Source: Candidatus Melainabacteria bacterium 17Bon1m
GTDB lineage: Bacteria > Cyanobacteriota > Vampirovibrionia > Obscuribacterales > Obscuribacteraceae
Assembly (NCBI GenBank): GCA_032128875.1
Contig: JAVLKG010000004.1
Coordinates: 704,405 to 768,404 of the forward strand
Length of the DNA: 64,000 nt
Direction of reading: 5' to 3'
The number at the start of each line of letters is the position of its first letter. The first letter of the stretch is position 1. The position numbers and the translations under genes are program-made. This document shows positions 40,345 to 50,926 of the stretch, one piece after another. The notes under the pieces are model-generated. The model ran no database searches. It was not told where the DNA came from and worked only from the letters and a program-made list of their open reading frames with translations.

Positions 40345-40355
40345 TTGTAAAACCT

Positions 40356-40988
40356 CTATTTCTTGCCCTTCTTCTTGAGCTTATTTGTCTTCGGAAACAA
40401 CTTGGAAGATTTACTCGAACTTTCTGCAGTTGGCTTGGTGGAACCGGTAGAATTGGCTGCGTTGGTTGAACTGGCAGAACTTCGATCTGGATCTGGTGCA
40501 TTGAAATCGACATTGAAATCGATTTTGTCAGCACCAGATTCTTCCGCCTGGTTATCGCTATTCGACTGATTTGCATCAGTATTCGGCGGCTTTACAACAG
40601 CCAGAATAGTCGGAATATAGAGTACGAAGCATACGATAGTGAGAAAACCAATTGCACCACTCGGATCGACGTTTTTCGGCCAGATTGTTCTTAAAACAAA
40701 CCAGAGGGGCGGAATTGGTAAAAGCCAAAAAAGGAGCCACACTGCAAGCGGCAGTTTTGCAAATCTTTCCGGCAGCTGAAACTTCGCTTTTGTGGCAATG
40801 AGCTCCACCAAAAGTTTGCACGCTACCATGCACAAAGTTGCCAGCGCGCATAGATTGCTATCCTGCCCACGTAACGTGCCTACGAATGCAGCAAAGGCGG
40901 CACCAACCAAAATGAAAAGTCCAAATCGACCAAGATACGAAGGCGGATCTTTGATTTTGCGTCCTTTGTATCTGTCTTGATATGACAT
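40356..40988 (-). CDS. Hypothetical membrane protein (about 4 TM) with low-complexity basic tail
   Basis: Hydrophobic segments; ATG 40988 lies 1 nt from the upstream stop at 40990. Confidence 0.7.
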   Translation of the reverse strand: MSYQDRYKGRKIKDPPSYLGRFGLFILVGAAFAAFVGTLRGQDSNLCALATLCMVACKLLVELIATKAKFQLPERFAKLPLAVWLLFWLLPIPPLWFVLRTIWPKNVDPSGAIGFLTIVCFVLYIPTILAVVKPPNTDANQSNSDNQAEESGADKIDFNVDFNAPDPDRSSASSTNAANSTGSTKPTAESSSKSSKLFPKTNKLKKKGKK

Positions 40989-40989
40989 T

Positions 40990-42471
40990 TTATTTTGCGC
41001 TTCCACCCTTGAGCATCGCTTCGATCTTCGCAGCATCCGGACCGCGATTAGCGAGTTTCAAAAAAATCAGATAGCTGCGTAGCACAGTTGTTTCTATCGG
41101 CGACTTAGTACCGCCGTCCAGCATCGCAACTGATTTTTTGAACATCGCATCAGCTTCAGGAATTTTGCCGGTCTGAGCAATTCGCATTGCGTTTATAGAA
41201 TAGGCTTGCGCAAGATTTTGCTTCACGACCTTCATATTAGGATCGATTTTGTGAGCCTTTTCCAGACGCTGAAGACCCAACTCTAAGTTACCTGCATTGA
41301 GCGCCGATGCACCTTCATTGTTGAGAGTCATCGGATCATTTGAATCATTACCAGCAAGAGCAGAAACATCTGCTTTATGAATTGCAACCTCGTCAGAGTA
41401 CAGATGCTTCAGAGTATTCTTGTCCCTCTCTGACAATCCTCTATCAATAGTGGCAAGCGGCATGGAGCTGTACATTACATCGTTGTGCTGACTACTGTGT
41501 CCCATGAGGCCAAGGGCATGACCAATTTCGTGCAAACAAATCCACCGCATCAAACTTTCCGACATCGGCTGAGCAGGTGACGGGTCAAGCGTAAGTACAA
41601 CAATAGTCGATTTAACAATGCCTTTCGGCCCCGGATAAACCTTTGCTTCTCCGCCTTCAGCGGGGTTTGAAACTGCCTTTATGTCGTTGGAAAAGGCAAA
41701 AGATATGTCATTCTTGTCTTTGTCCTGAACAAAGGAAAAGCTGACCTTGCCTCCAGAAGCATCAGCCCAAGCCTGAAGGGAGGATTTGACCCCATCCAAA
41801 TAACCGGGCTTATAGCCCACCACGCCTTGTGTCGGCGCCAGATAAACTTTTAGAGGCATGCGATCCGGTGTCCACTTCGTCACCGAACCCGACATCCCGA
41901 TCGAACTGAAATAATCATCGGGACCAGTCCCCGAACCATCAGAATGTTTAGCTTGCAACTTCGATTCGCTTTCGAGCATTGAAAGCAAGCCTTTGATCTT
42001 ATTGATATGTTCGCTCGTAGGATGCCGCTGCTGAAAGTCTTTGAAAACACGGATGGCATCTTGAGTCCTGCCAACTGATTGATAGAGACTGCCCAGTGTC
42101 ATTTCAGCAGCAGGAAGGTCTGGATTCAATGCAACGGCCTTCTCCACGTGCGTGATGGCTTCATCTGTCCGACCTAACTTCGCCAGCGCCATGCCGAGAT
42201 TGCTCTGCACTTCCGGCAATTCCGGTGCCAACCTCTCTGCCTCGGTAAGCATTTCTAGAGCTTTGTCGGGTTTGTCAGTACCGACCAGCAAATTGCGAGC
42301 ATTATTTGAAAGCATCATCGCTTTGCCGACGTTTTCAGATACCGGCTTGCCGTTGACAACATACTGCTGCGTCGGTTGGGCAAGTGCGCCCGATGGCAAA
42401 ATAATTCCTTGCAACGAAACAAGTAATGCCGCAGCGATAAGACCTTGGCGGTTGGACAAACTAAGTGACAT
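40990..42471 (-). CDS. Exported TPR-repeat matrixin (M10-like) zinc metalloprotease
   Basis: Signal peptide, TPRs on both sides of HEIGHALGLMGHS and Met-turn DVMY, LSERD..TL..LY. Confidence 0.88.
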   Translation of the reverse strand: MSLSLSNRQGLIAAALLVSLQGIILPSGALAQPTQQYVVNGKPVSENVGKAMMLSNNARNLLVGTDKPDKALEMLTEAERLAPELPEVQSNLGMALAKLGRTDEAITHVEKAVALNPDLPAAEMTLGSLYQSVGRTQDAIRVFKDFQQRHPTSEHINKIKGLLSMLESESKLQAKHSDGSGTGPDDYFSSIGMSGSVTKWTPDRMPLKVYLAPTQGVVGYKPGYLDGVKSSLQAWADASGGKVSFSFVQDKDKNDISFAFSNDIKAVSNPAEGGEAKVYPGPKGIVKSTIVVLTLDPSPAQPMSESLMRWICLHEIGHALGLMGHSSQHNDVMYSSMPLATIDRGLSERDKNTLKHLYSDEVAIHKADVSALAGNDSNDPMTLNNEGASALNAGNLELGLQRLEKAHKIDPNMKVVKQNLAQAYSINAMRIAQTGKIPEADAMFKKSVAMLDGGTKSPIETTVLRSYLIFLKLANRGPDAAKIEAMLKGGSAK

Positions 42472-42700
42472 GGGCAGCCTTTCGATTCGTTCTATATAAG
42501 ACTAGTTTCTAGATAAGACCTAATTCTCTCTTACCACGCAAAGATAAGCCAATTCACCATCTTGCGAACAGTTGACCGGTCCAGATTAATTCAAGCACAT
42601 CTAAGCGCGAAGACAGACGGCTATACTGATTCCCTCCTCTTGCAAACCGCTTACAGAGGCAGTACTTCGGCGTTTTCAAATTTCACTCTCTGTCCAAACC

Positions 42701-43903
42701 ATGCCATTCGAGCTAATCCAGGTCATTTCAATGATTGCCCTCTACGCAGCGGCAATCGCAATGGCTTCGCTGTGCGGCTCTCTCTTAACGACTGAAGATA
42801 TCCCAGAGGAAAGAAATAAGACCTTAGATGGATTGCGTGCATTAGCTGCCGTCGGTGTCGCTGCCAGCCACATAAATCAGCACGTTTGCGCCTATTCCGG
42901 AGCAGCGGGCGTGCCGCACATCGGCAACCATGTGGGAATCGTCGGCGTACAAATGTTTTTCGCTCTCACGGCGTATCTATTTACTGACAGAGCGCTGAGA
43001 GGAAAGATTCAACCGCTTCAATTTCTTTCAGGGCGGATAAGGCGCATCATTCCTCTTTATACATTCGCTGTTGTGATGGCGATCTGCATAGCTGCCCTGT
43101 ACACCCTGAACGTGCAGACGTCTTTGGTGCAATCAGCCAAAGAGGTTTTCAAAGTCTATACCTATGGATTTTGGGTGCACCACGCAATCAGCTTTAAGGG
43201 CTTCAACATGCTGAGATTACTGTGCGTGGCTTGGACCCTCAGTTATGAGTGGGCGTTCTATCTGTTGCTCATCCCTGCTTCGATGATTTGGAGCCGATAT
43301 CGAGTGGCGATGTTCGCAATGTGCGCAGTCGCCGTAGGCTTAGTTATCAACCAATACTCGTGCAAAAGCGAGCAGGTTATCTGGCCTTTCTTCTTTCCAG
43401 GCGTAATAGCTGCTTTTCTAAATTACTATTTGCCAAAACCGCCGGCCGCAGTCAGGCAAATCTCTTCAGTCGCAAGTATTGCCTTCTTCGTGTTGATGAT
43501 AACAACGCCTGGGTACTGGACGGCAGTAAAGCTCGGCTACGCAGTTTGCCTGTTCCTGTCTGTCTATTACGGTCAAGCAAAGGTTCTGCATTGGAAACCG
43601 TTGCAGTCACTGGCAACAGTGAGTTTCAGTGTTTACTTACTGCAGTATCTATTGCTCGGACCAGCCGCACTCTACATCAACCACCATCCGGCAATCTTCT
43701 CGACGCAGGCAATAAAAGTAGCATCAGTGTTTTCTGTGATGCTTGCGTTGATTCCGGTCTCCTTTCTAACTTACATATTTATAGAGAAGCCATTTATGAC
43801 ACGTGGGACACGTGGCAGAGAGAGAAAACGCCCAGCAAGCGGCTCGGATTTGAAGGTACCTGACGCCGTTGAAGAACGAAGTCTGGTGTCGAGCGGTCGT
43901 TAG
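42701..43903 (+). CDS. Acyltransferase-3 (OafA-like) membrane O-acyltransferase
   Basis: LDGLRALA, GVQMFF.L, RIRRI.PLY, WTLSYEW.FY, SFSVYL, IEKPF. Confidence 0.9.
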   Translation: MPFELIQVISMIALYAAAIAMASLCGSLLTTEDIPEERNKTLDGLRALAAVGVAASHINQHVCAYSGAAGVPHIGNHVGIVGVQMFFALTAYLFTDRALRGKIQPLQFLSGRIRRIIPLYTFAVVMAICIAALYTLNVQTSLVQSAKEVFKVYTYGFWVHHAISFKGFNMLRLLCVAWTLSYEWAFYLLLIPASMIWSRYRVAMFAMCAVAVGLVINQYSCKSEQVIWPFFFPGVIAAFLNYYLPKPPAAVRQISSVASIAFFVLMITTPGYWTAVKLGYAVCLFLSVYYGQAKVLHWKPLQSLATVSFSVYLLQYLLLGPAALYINHHPAIFSTQAIKVASVFSVMLALIPVSFLTYIFIEKPFMTRGTRGRERKRPASGSDLKVPDAVEERSLVSSGR

Positions 43904-44191
43904 TAGTTTGGTTTTAACCAGCGTGGTGTCGCAATTGGTGCGCTGAAAGCGCATCCGGTGGTTTCAAACACTCCCAGCCATTGACAACACGCGTGAGGTA
44001 TTGATTGAAAGCAGCGCAGATGGCGACTAGGTTTGAGCGCATTTGTGTCCTGTGCGAATTAATCTGCAAACTCGATTAAATCCGATCTTTGAATATTTTG
44101 TTAAGGCGTATAGAAGTTATACTTCATTCATCCTCTTTCAATACAAGTGTTTAGTCGTGAGCGCGGAAAAGACTCCCCGAGGGATTCGCTG

Positions 44192-45316
44192 ATGACAGTT
44201 GCCTTTGCGCCTGTAAAATCAATTCAATCGATAAAGACCAGTCCCAGACCTGGTTTTCCTTCAGTGGGAATCGTAGGAAGCGGTCCGGCTCTTCTGACTC
44301 TTGCCTGTTATTTGAGTGGCCGAGGCTATCCCGTACAAGTTTTAGATCGAAGCAATCATCTTCCCGGACAAGCCTCTTCAGTGAAGGCGGAAGGAGCTAT
44401 CTCCGGTCAATACGACCGAGAAACATTCAGTGTGAAGCCTGAAGATCTGCTTGGACAGTGCGCCCATGTTGTCATCGTAGCGCCGCCTTCTACGTACAAA
44501 GAATTAGCGTGGTCGATCAGTCCATGGCTGAAAGCCAAACATACGGTTATCCTCTATGGTGGCGGTATTGGTGCCAGTCTCGAGTTCGAAAAGCATCTTC
44601 TGACCAACGGTGTCTGCGGCGTCAAAGTAGCAGAGATGGATCCACTTTTTCATGCGGAAAAGCAAAATGCAGCCACGATAAAAGTGCATGCCATGCGGCA
44701 ATGGGGCCAGTTTGCGTCAACCAGCCCGGCAGCAACTTTCGACTGCGACGGCGTTGTGAAAAGACTTTTTCCAAAGGTAGAGCCAGCTTCAAATCTGCTG
44801 CTCCGTGGGCTTTGCGATTATCAATCAATCGTATATCCAGTTGTTGAAGCATTCGGCGCAGACGCAGAAATGGGCGCAGCGCTTATGGAGCTGATCAACA
44901 GTACATACGAGTCGGACGATCAGTCCAACAACATCTTCGAACATTTAGAGTCAGAAATTAATTCAATTGCAGAAGCTTACTCAACTGCCAGAATATCCAC
45001 CACACATAATATTCGCAGAATGTACGGCGCCATCGCAGCCACACCCGAGCAAGCAGTATCGATGGTGCCCAAGTATGGTCAAGCCGCTCCCTGGCAAGAC
45101 ATGGTCCGAACGCTGACAGAGATCGTCAGTACGGTATATGTGCCTCTGTACGAACTCTCTCGTTTAGCGAATCTCAGAACCCCAGCCATCGATTCTGTTA
45201 TAAATATGTCCGCCGTCATGTGCGGTGTTGATTTCCTGACTCACGGACGGACCCTCAACCGCCTAGGACTGCAGGGACTGAGCCAGAGAGAGATTATAAG
45301 AAAGCTGAATGGTTAG
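44192..45316 (+). CDS. Opine (octopine/nopaline) dehydrogenase-like protein, catalytic residues apparently degenerate
   Basis: Rossmann VGIVGSG..., G..G.LEF, VAE, and the family C-terminus R..TE......VP..EL......TP.IDS.I.......G.DF...GRTL..LGL.GLS..EI. Confidence 0.7.
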   Translation: MTVAFAPVKSIQSIKTSPRPGFPSVGIVGSGPALLTLACYLSGRGYPVQVLDRSNHLPGQASSVKAEGAISGQYDRETFSVKPEDLLGQCAHVVIVAPPSTYKELAWSISPWLKAKHTVILYGGGIGASLEFEKHLLTNGVCGVKVAEMDPLFHAEKQNAATIKVHAMRQWGQFASTSPAATFDCDGVVKRLFPKVEPASNLLLRGLCDYQSIVYPVVEAFGADAEMGAALMELINSTYESDDQSNNIFEHLESEINSIAEAYSTARISTTHNIRRMYGAIAATPEQAVSMVPKYGQAAPWQDMVRTLTEIVSTVYVPLYELSRLANLRTPAIDSVINMSAVMCGVDFLTHGRTLNRLGLQGLSQREIIRKLNG

Positions 45317-46259
45317 TACGGCACGCCCGGATTCGCGTCTTTCGGGAACGATATGGGTTATGGGAGCGCTGCTGGCAGCGTCCATAGAACCAATTATTGT
45401 CAAGTTTGGCTTCCGCGGGCACTTGAGTCCGTGGCATTTGTTCACATTGAAAAGTGTCTTTGCGGCAGTGCTCTGCTTTGCGGTCTGTTTCCTTTTCAAA
45501 TTCAAACTAGCCAGCAGAGAACAGCTGAAAAAGTTAGCAGTCTCTAGCGTGCTTCTAATCGGCACCAATATTTTTACGATGTTCGCGCTCTATTACATTT
45601 CAGCAGTGACGGTAATTACCGTGGTGACCACGACACCGGCCCTGGTGGCAGTTCTAAATCAAAGACTCGGACGCGATCAATTAGATAAGCTGTTTTGGCC
45701 AGGCTTCTGGCTTTCCTTCATCGGCGTCTTACTGAGCATTGAACTCTCCCAGTTTATGGTTCAGCCATTGGGGTTGGTTCTAATGTTTGGTGCTGTAATA
45801 ACATCATCTTTCTATAGAGTTCAGATGGAACGCCTCACAGACGAAATTTCCCCAGCGGTAATCTCGGCGTGCACAATGGCAGTGGGTGCGGTTTTTTCGC
45901 TTCTCTTCATTCTGCCATTCAACTACAACATGCCTGCGAGCGCCTGGTACTTCGGTGTGTGGATCGGCATCGCCGCCGGACTTGCAAACATCGCGTTTCT
46001 CTATGCGATTAACACGGTTGGTGCCACTAGAATCTCAGTCATTACGATGCTGCAGCGACCATTGCTTATTATCGCCGCTGCGGTCCTTTTGAAAGAACCA
46101 GTGACGATTCCGCAAATAATAGGCATCGTTTTAGTCATTGCCGGAACGCAAATGGCACGAGTAACACGACTACAACCACAACAAGCCGAAGCACATGCAC
46201 TAGCGGAAGCAACATCAAACGCTCAAGCAGAGAAGCCGCAGACAGCACCCCGCAACTAG
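45309..46259 (+). CDS. EamA/DMT-family transporter
   Basis: About 10 TMs in two repeats (TTPALVA.L; GATRIS..., LLKEP.T..QIIG..L...G); 8-nt overlap with the upstream gene. Confidence 0.9.
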   Translation: MVSTARPDSRLSGTIWVMGALLAASIEPIIVKFGFRGHLSPWHLFTLKSVFAAVLCFAVCFLFKFKLASREQLKKLAVSSVLLIGTNIFTMFALYYISAVTVITVVTTTPALVAVLNQRLGRDQLDKLFWPGFWLSFIGVLLSIELSQFMVQPLGLVLMFGAVITSSFYRVQMERLTDEISPAVISACTMAVGAVFSLLFILPFNYNMPASAWYFGVWIGIAAGLANIAFLYAINTVGATRISVITMLQRPLLIIAAAVLLKEPVTIPQIIGIVLVIAGTQMARVTRLQPQQAEAHALAEATSNAQAEKPQTAPRN

Positions 46260-46267
46260 ATCTTCAA

Positions 46268-47026
46268 TTACCAGTCAACGCGATGAGGACCGCTACTTTG
46301 ATCGGGTGGCTCGAATGCTTTTGCTTTACGCGACAATTCACGCTCCAAGTCAACGTTTACAGCAATTTCCGACCGAATGGTACCGACCAACGCCTCTAGC
46401 CTAATTACGGAATTCGCGATCTCATTCAGTTCAAGAATCAACTTCTTACTGTATTTACGCTGCTGTTCATCTTCGATAGCTTTTTCCAAAAAATCTTCCA
46501 GCCTGCGTTGAAATTTATCCAAACGCATCGACTGAGAGCTTGGTTGCTCGGTCTCGAAAAATGGACGGGCTGGGTTATCTGATTTAGACTGTTCGTCTTT
46601 GCGTGGACTTACGCTTTTCACTTTGTCAGCTTTTGAAGGTCTTGGATTGCTGGCATTACGCCGCCTTTCGACCTCCTCAAGTATTTCATCTTCAGTAATA
46701 CTGTTTACCGTCATTGGACCCGCACACATTTCACGCCATGGTGCGCCTGCAATTGCCTGCCTAACAATGACTTCAAACACCTGCTGCCTGACCGTGCTTG
46801 TCGTGTCTGCGCTGAAGGTCGGCTGATTATCGCCAGAGGTTCGAGCAGCGATAGCCGCCAATGTCTTTGCTTTATCAACATCTTTCTGGGCTTGACCAAG
46901 CAATTTCTCGAAAACGTTGTCGATATCCTCGGCAGACATTTGCTTAAGTACGGACTTGAACTTGCCGCAGTGTGGACAATGAGTCCAATTCGGCTCAAGA
47001 TGGCTTCCACAATTAATACATTGCAT
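46268..47026 (-). CDS. Zinc-ribbon protein with coiled-coil C-terminus
   Basis: N-terminal CINCG...W.HCPHCG. Confidence 0.75.
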   Translation of the reverse strand: MQCINCGSHLEPNWTHCPHCGKFKSVLKQMSAEDIDNVFEKLLGQAQKDVDKAKTLAAIAARTSGDNQPTFSADTTSTVRQQVFEVIVRQAIAGAPWREMCAGPMTVNSITEDEILEEVERRRNASNPRPSKADKVKSVSPRKDEQSKSDNPARPFFETEQPSSQSMRLDKFQRRLEDFLEKAIEDEQQRKYSKKLILELNEIANSVIRLEALVGTIRSEIAVNVDLERELSRKAKAFEPPDQSSGPHRVDW

Positions 47027-47119
47027 GTGGCACTACCCCCAGGGCTTTTTTCCATTATGCCACTGATGCAGATAAAGTATGAACTTGGTCAAGCACCTAA
47101 AACGCTGAACGCTTGCAGG

Positions 47120-48985
47120 CTAAGCTTCTTGGCGGTCGAATTGAGCTTCGATCAAACGTTTGTACACGCCGTTGTGCTCGATAAGATTTTCGTGGTTGCC
47201 TGATTCGACAATACTGCCTTCCTGAAGTACTAGAATACGGTCGGCGTGGCGTACTGTGGAAAGTCTGTGAGCAATAACGATAACCGTGCGACCTTTCATC
47301 AGGTTATTTAGAGCTTCCTGAACCATCTTCTCTGATTCATTGTCCAGCGAGCTTGTCGCCTCATCAAGAATAAGTATCGGGGCGTTTTTCAAAAAGGCTC
47401 GGGCGATTGCTAAGCGCTGTTGCTGCCCGCCTGAGAGGCGAACACCACGCTCACCAATCTGGGTTTCATAACCTTCTTTCAAATCCAAAATGAAATCATG
47501 AGCATACGCGGCGCGTGCGGCGTTCTCAATTTCTTCCCTGGTAGCGTCCAGCCTTCCAAGCCGGATATTCTCTTCGATGCTCGTATTGAAGAGGAAGTTG
47601 TCTTGAGTGACAACAGCGATTCTAGAACGCAGGGATTCGAGCTTGTATTCATTGACGTTGATACCATCAATTGTGATGGCACCAGATGTAATATCAAAGA
47701 ATCGAGGGACCAAATTGGCGAGGGTCGATTTTCCTGATCCGGAAAGACCGACCAGAGCAATCAATTGACCTGCTGGAATATCGAAGTCGATATCGCGCAG
47801 CACAGGCTGATTTGTTCCGGGATATTGGAAGCAAACCTTGTCGAATTTGATCTGGTGCGGAAGTTCGTGCAGCTCTTTCGCGTCAGCTACTTCTGTTAGA
47901 TCAGGCGCTTTGTCCAAAACTTCAAAGATGCGAGTTGCCGCAGCGAGCGCTGGTTGAATAACGCCATTGATGCGGCCGATATTCTTGATCGGTGAGTACA
48001 AAAGCAAAAGTGCAATTACAAACGAAGTCAGCGATCCAAGTGTCATGTGTTTGTTCACGACCTGATAGCCGGCGATCCACATTACGGCTGCGATTCCTGC
48101 TGCTCCAATGAAAGCTAATATTGGTGAGAGCAAAGCTTCATGCCGAGCGGCTTTAGTCGTGTTGTAGAAAAAACTTTGATTGGTCGCAAAAAACTTGGAT
48201 GTTTGAAACTGTTCCAAATTAAAAGACTGAACAATCTTTGCACCTTGTATCGACTCCGAAAGAACGGAGACGAGATCGCCAATCGCTTCCTGGCTCTTTC
48301 TCGACGACTTGCGAATCTTACGTCCGAGAATTCCCACAGGCAAAACAATACAAGAAAGAATACTGAGCGCGACAATCGCTAGCCACCAACTTTGCAAAAT
48401 CACAACTGCTGCCAGTGACAGAAGAGTAATCATTCTGCTTATCATCGATTGGAAGGTCTGCGAAATTGCGTTTTCGATAATGGCGACGTCATTAATCATG
48501 CGCCCAATTAAAACGCCCGAAGATTGCCCCTGGAAATACAGCAGCGGCTGTTTCTCCAAATGACAAAAAAGCTCGTTGCGCAAATCTCGAATTGCTGCTG
48601 CACCAACGTATCTAATGCAATACGATTCGAGAAAACGAAATACGCCTTGTGATGTGGCGATGATCAGTACCGCAACCGGCACGTAATAGATGAAGTGTTC
48701 GCGACCTTCTACTACGATTTTCTGCAAGCCCTGTCCAGCCAACCAAGCAATCGCTCCATCCATAGCGCCGGAAGGAACAGCAGCAATCAGCCCGAGCACA
48801 AACATGAACCAATAAGGTTTGATGTACTTGAGCATGCGCATGTAGATTTGCGCTTGGGTCGGATCGCTCAAATCAATTCGAGCTCGTTTAGCCTCAGTCT
48901 TCTGAGAGGTTTCATTTGATTCTGCCTGCGACAACTTAGAGTCAGTCTCTTGCGGCTTAAGCTGGTCTTTTACGCTGTCCGGCAC
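47120..48985 (-). CDS. msbA: ABC transporter permease/ATPase, lipid A flippase MsbA-like
   Basis: 6-TM domain plus GLSGSGKST, LSGGQQQR, ILDEATS, IAHRLST; directly downstream of lpxB. Confidence 0.85.
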   Translation of the reverse strand: MPDSVKDQLKPQETDSKLSQAESNETSQKTEAKRARIDLSDPTQAQIYMRMLKYIKPYWFMFVLGLIAAVPSGAMDGAIAWLAGQGLQKIVVEGREHFIYYVPVAVLIIATSQGVFRFLESYCIRYVGAAAIRDLRNELFCHLEKQPLLYFQGQSSGVLIGRMINDVAIIENAISQTFQSMISRMITLLSLAAVVILQSWWLAIVALSILSCIVLPVGILGRKIRKSSRKSQEAIGDLVSVLSESIQGAKIVQSFNLEQFQTSKFFATNQSFFYNTTKAARHEALLSPILAFIGAAGIAAVMWIAGYQVVNKHMTLGSLTSFVIALLLLYSPIKNIGRINGVIQPALAAATRIFEVLDKAPDLTEVADAKELHELPHQIKFDKVCFQYPGTNQPVLRDIDFDIPAGQLIALVGLSGSGKSTLANLVPRFFDITSGAITIDGINVNEYKLESLRSRIAVVTQDNFLFNTSIEENIRLGRLDATREEIENAARAAYAHDFILDLKEGYETQIGERGVRLSGGQQQRLAIARAFLKNAPILILDEATSSLDNESEKMVQEALNNLMKGRTVIVIAHRLSTVRHADRILVLQEGSIVESGNHENLIEHNGVYKRLIEAQFDRQEA

Positions 48986-50208
48986 CCAATTATCTCCAAA
49001 ATTTCCAAAGCTGCATTCTTGGCAAAATCACCTTGTCCGAGCTGATCGCGCAGTGTTCGCAGTTCTGAAGCCATCTCCCGCCTGAGCGCAGGCACGTCCA
49101 TCAAATCGAGCGTATATTTTACGAGTTTCTCCGCTCGACAATCCAGTTGAATTAGTTCAGGGACCAGATCACGCCCCGCTAACAGATTGGGCCAACCTAC
49201 CCGTTTTACGGTCTTAAAGCACAGTACGAGGAAGAAGCTAAGCCAGTCTCCTCGATAAAAAATTATCATCGGCGTCGCGCAAAGCGTTGTTTCCAGTGTT
49301 GTAGTGCCGGATTTAGCCCAAACCAAATCGGCGACAGGCAGCAATCTGTAATTCACTTCCGAAGAGACCAGATGCAAACCAGTGTCGGGACCGGGTTTTA
49401 GCTTTTCCTTCTCCAATTGCTCGGCAACAAGCCCAGCGATTCGCTCATTTGATTGTGCAAGAACAAACTGAATCTCAGGTCTTACACGTTTCATCCATCT
49501 GACCGCCTGAGCCACAACCGGCATGTGGTCAGTGATTTCTTGCTTACGACTACCCGGAAAGATAGCAACCAAAGGCTTTTCCGGGTCCAAACCCAATTCA
49601 GTCATCACATCATGCCGTGAGTGCTTTTGATCCCAAACCTCAGGGTGAAGCATCAACGGATGACCGACAAAACGCGCTGGAATCCCTTTACGCTCGTAAA
49701 TTGCTTGCTCGAAAGGAAAAATGACCAACATTTTAGATACGTTTCGAGCCAATTCAATCAATCGCCAGGGTCGAGAACCCCAGACTTGAGGAGAGATGAA
49801 GTAAACGATGGGCAATTTAGCGAAGCGATTGCGGACAGCGGAAGAAAATCCGATATTGAAACCACCAAAATCCACAAGCAGAGCGCATCCTGGCTTGCGT
49901 TTTTCAATCTCATCAAGGATTACTTTACGGATGTTGGCGAACATCGGCACTTTGTGAATAAGCCTGAAGATGCCTACCGCGGCGAAGTCCTGGCAGTTAA
50001 AGAGCAACTCTACTCCGGCTTTTTCCATTTCCGGTCCACCCACGCCAAACACGTGGAGATCAGGCTGCAATTCCTTCAAATGCCCAACCAATTTGGCGAC
50101 GTGCTTATCGGCAGACATATCACCGACGACCACGCAGATGCTTCTTTGAGCGCCGCCTCCTTCGGAAGCGAGCGCATCAGCCGACGCGGTCACCGAACTG
50201 TTCCGCAA
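48970..50208 (-). CDS. lpxB: Lipid-A-disaccharide synthase
   Basis: GD.SAD, GVGGP.M, VDF.GFN, YFISPQVW, IFPFE, FVGHPL, FPGSR..EI, KSGT.TLE, PNLL.....VPELIQ. Confidence 0.95.
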   Translation of the reverse strand: MRNSSVTASADALASEGGGAQRSICVVVGDMSADKHVAKLVGHLKELQPDLHVFGVGGPEMEKAGVELLFNCQDFAAVGIFRLIHKVPMFANIRKVILDEIEKRKPGCALLVDFGGFNIGFSSAVRNRFAKLPIVYFISPQVWGSRPWRLIELARNVSKMLVIFPFEQAIYERKGIPARFVGHPLMLHPEVWDQKHSRHDVMTELGLDPEKPLVAIFPGSRKQEITDHMPVVAQAVRWMKRVRPEIQFVLAQSNERIAGLVAEQLEKEKLKPGPDTGLHLVSSEVNYRLLPVADLVWAKSGTTTLETTLCATPMIIFYRGDWLSFFLVLCFKTVKRVGWPNLLAGRDLVPELIQLDCRAEKLVKYTLDLMDVPALRREMASELRTLRDQLGQGDFAKNAALEILEIIGCRTA

Positions 50209-50924
50209 GTCAAAGCAACAGAACCGGATGCCAGCTTGATGTGACGAACATCCGCAAGACCAGCGTTTTTGAAAAGTTGGCTTATGCCTTCGGGGTCTGG
50301 ATAATTGCGCTTGGACTCAGGCAAATAGGTATATGCCTTTCGGTCGTTCTGGAGCACCTGACCGATCAAAGGAACGATTTGACTGAAGTAAAAGGCGAAA
50401 AGGGGCGGGAATATAAGCCCTTCTGGTTTTCCGAGATCGAGGTTTAGCACTCGTCCACCGGGTTTAACAACCCGAGCCAGTTCGTTGATGGCTTTTTGGT
50501 AATCGGTCACGTTGCGGAGCCCAAAACTGACAATAGCGCCGTCGAACAAACCATTTTGAAAAGGAAGTTCGAGCGCATCGCCCTTAATCCAATCTAATTG
50601 AACGGGCGTATTGTGTTTTTCCCGATACCTGACTTCGCGGTTGCGGGCGACATCTAGCATATTGCCCGAAAAGTCTAGTCCAGTGACCTTCCCGGACTTA
50701 AGACGACTGGCGATGAGTAATGCCAGATCACCGGTACCACAGCAAACGTCGAGATAACTGCCGCTTTCAGAGGACAGCAGCCTCTTTACGGCTTTATCCT
50801 TCCAGAGCCTGTGCATGCCCATGGAGATGCAATCGTTAGCCAGGTCGTAACCACGGGCAATACGATCGAATTGGCTCAAGACATACTGAGCTTTTTCTTC
50901 TTTTGCGGGAAGCCGAAAAGGCAT
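50190..50924 (-). CDS. menG: UbiE/MenG-family (demethylmenaquinone) C-methyltransferase
   Basis: F..IA..YD..ND.IS.G.HR.WK, LDVCCGTGD, GLDFS..ML, GDALELPF, FGLRNV, AY.YLPES. ATG 50924 preferred. Confidence 0.9.
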   Translation of the reverse strand: MPFRLPAKEEKAQYVLSQFDRIARGYDLANDCISMGMHRLWKDKAVKRLLSSESGSYLDVCCGTGDLALLIASRLKSGKVTGLDFSGNMLDVARNREVRYREKHNTPVQLDWIKGDALELPFQNGLFDGAIVSFGLRNVTDYQKAINELARVVKPGGRVLNLDLGKPEGLIFPPLFAFYFSQIVPLIGQVLQNDRKAYTYLPESKRNYPDPEGISQLFKNAGLADVRHIKLASGSVALTCGTVR

Positions 50925-50926
50925 GC

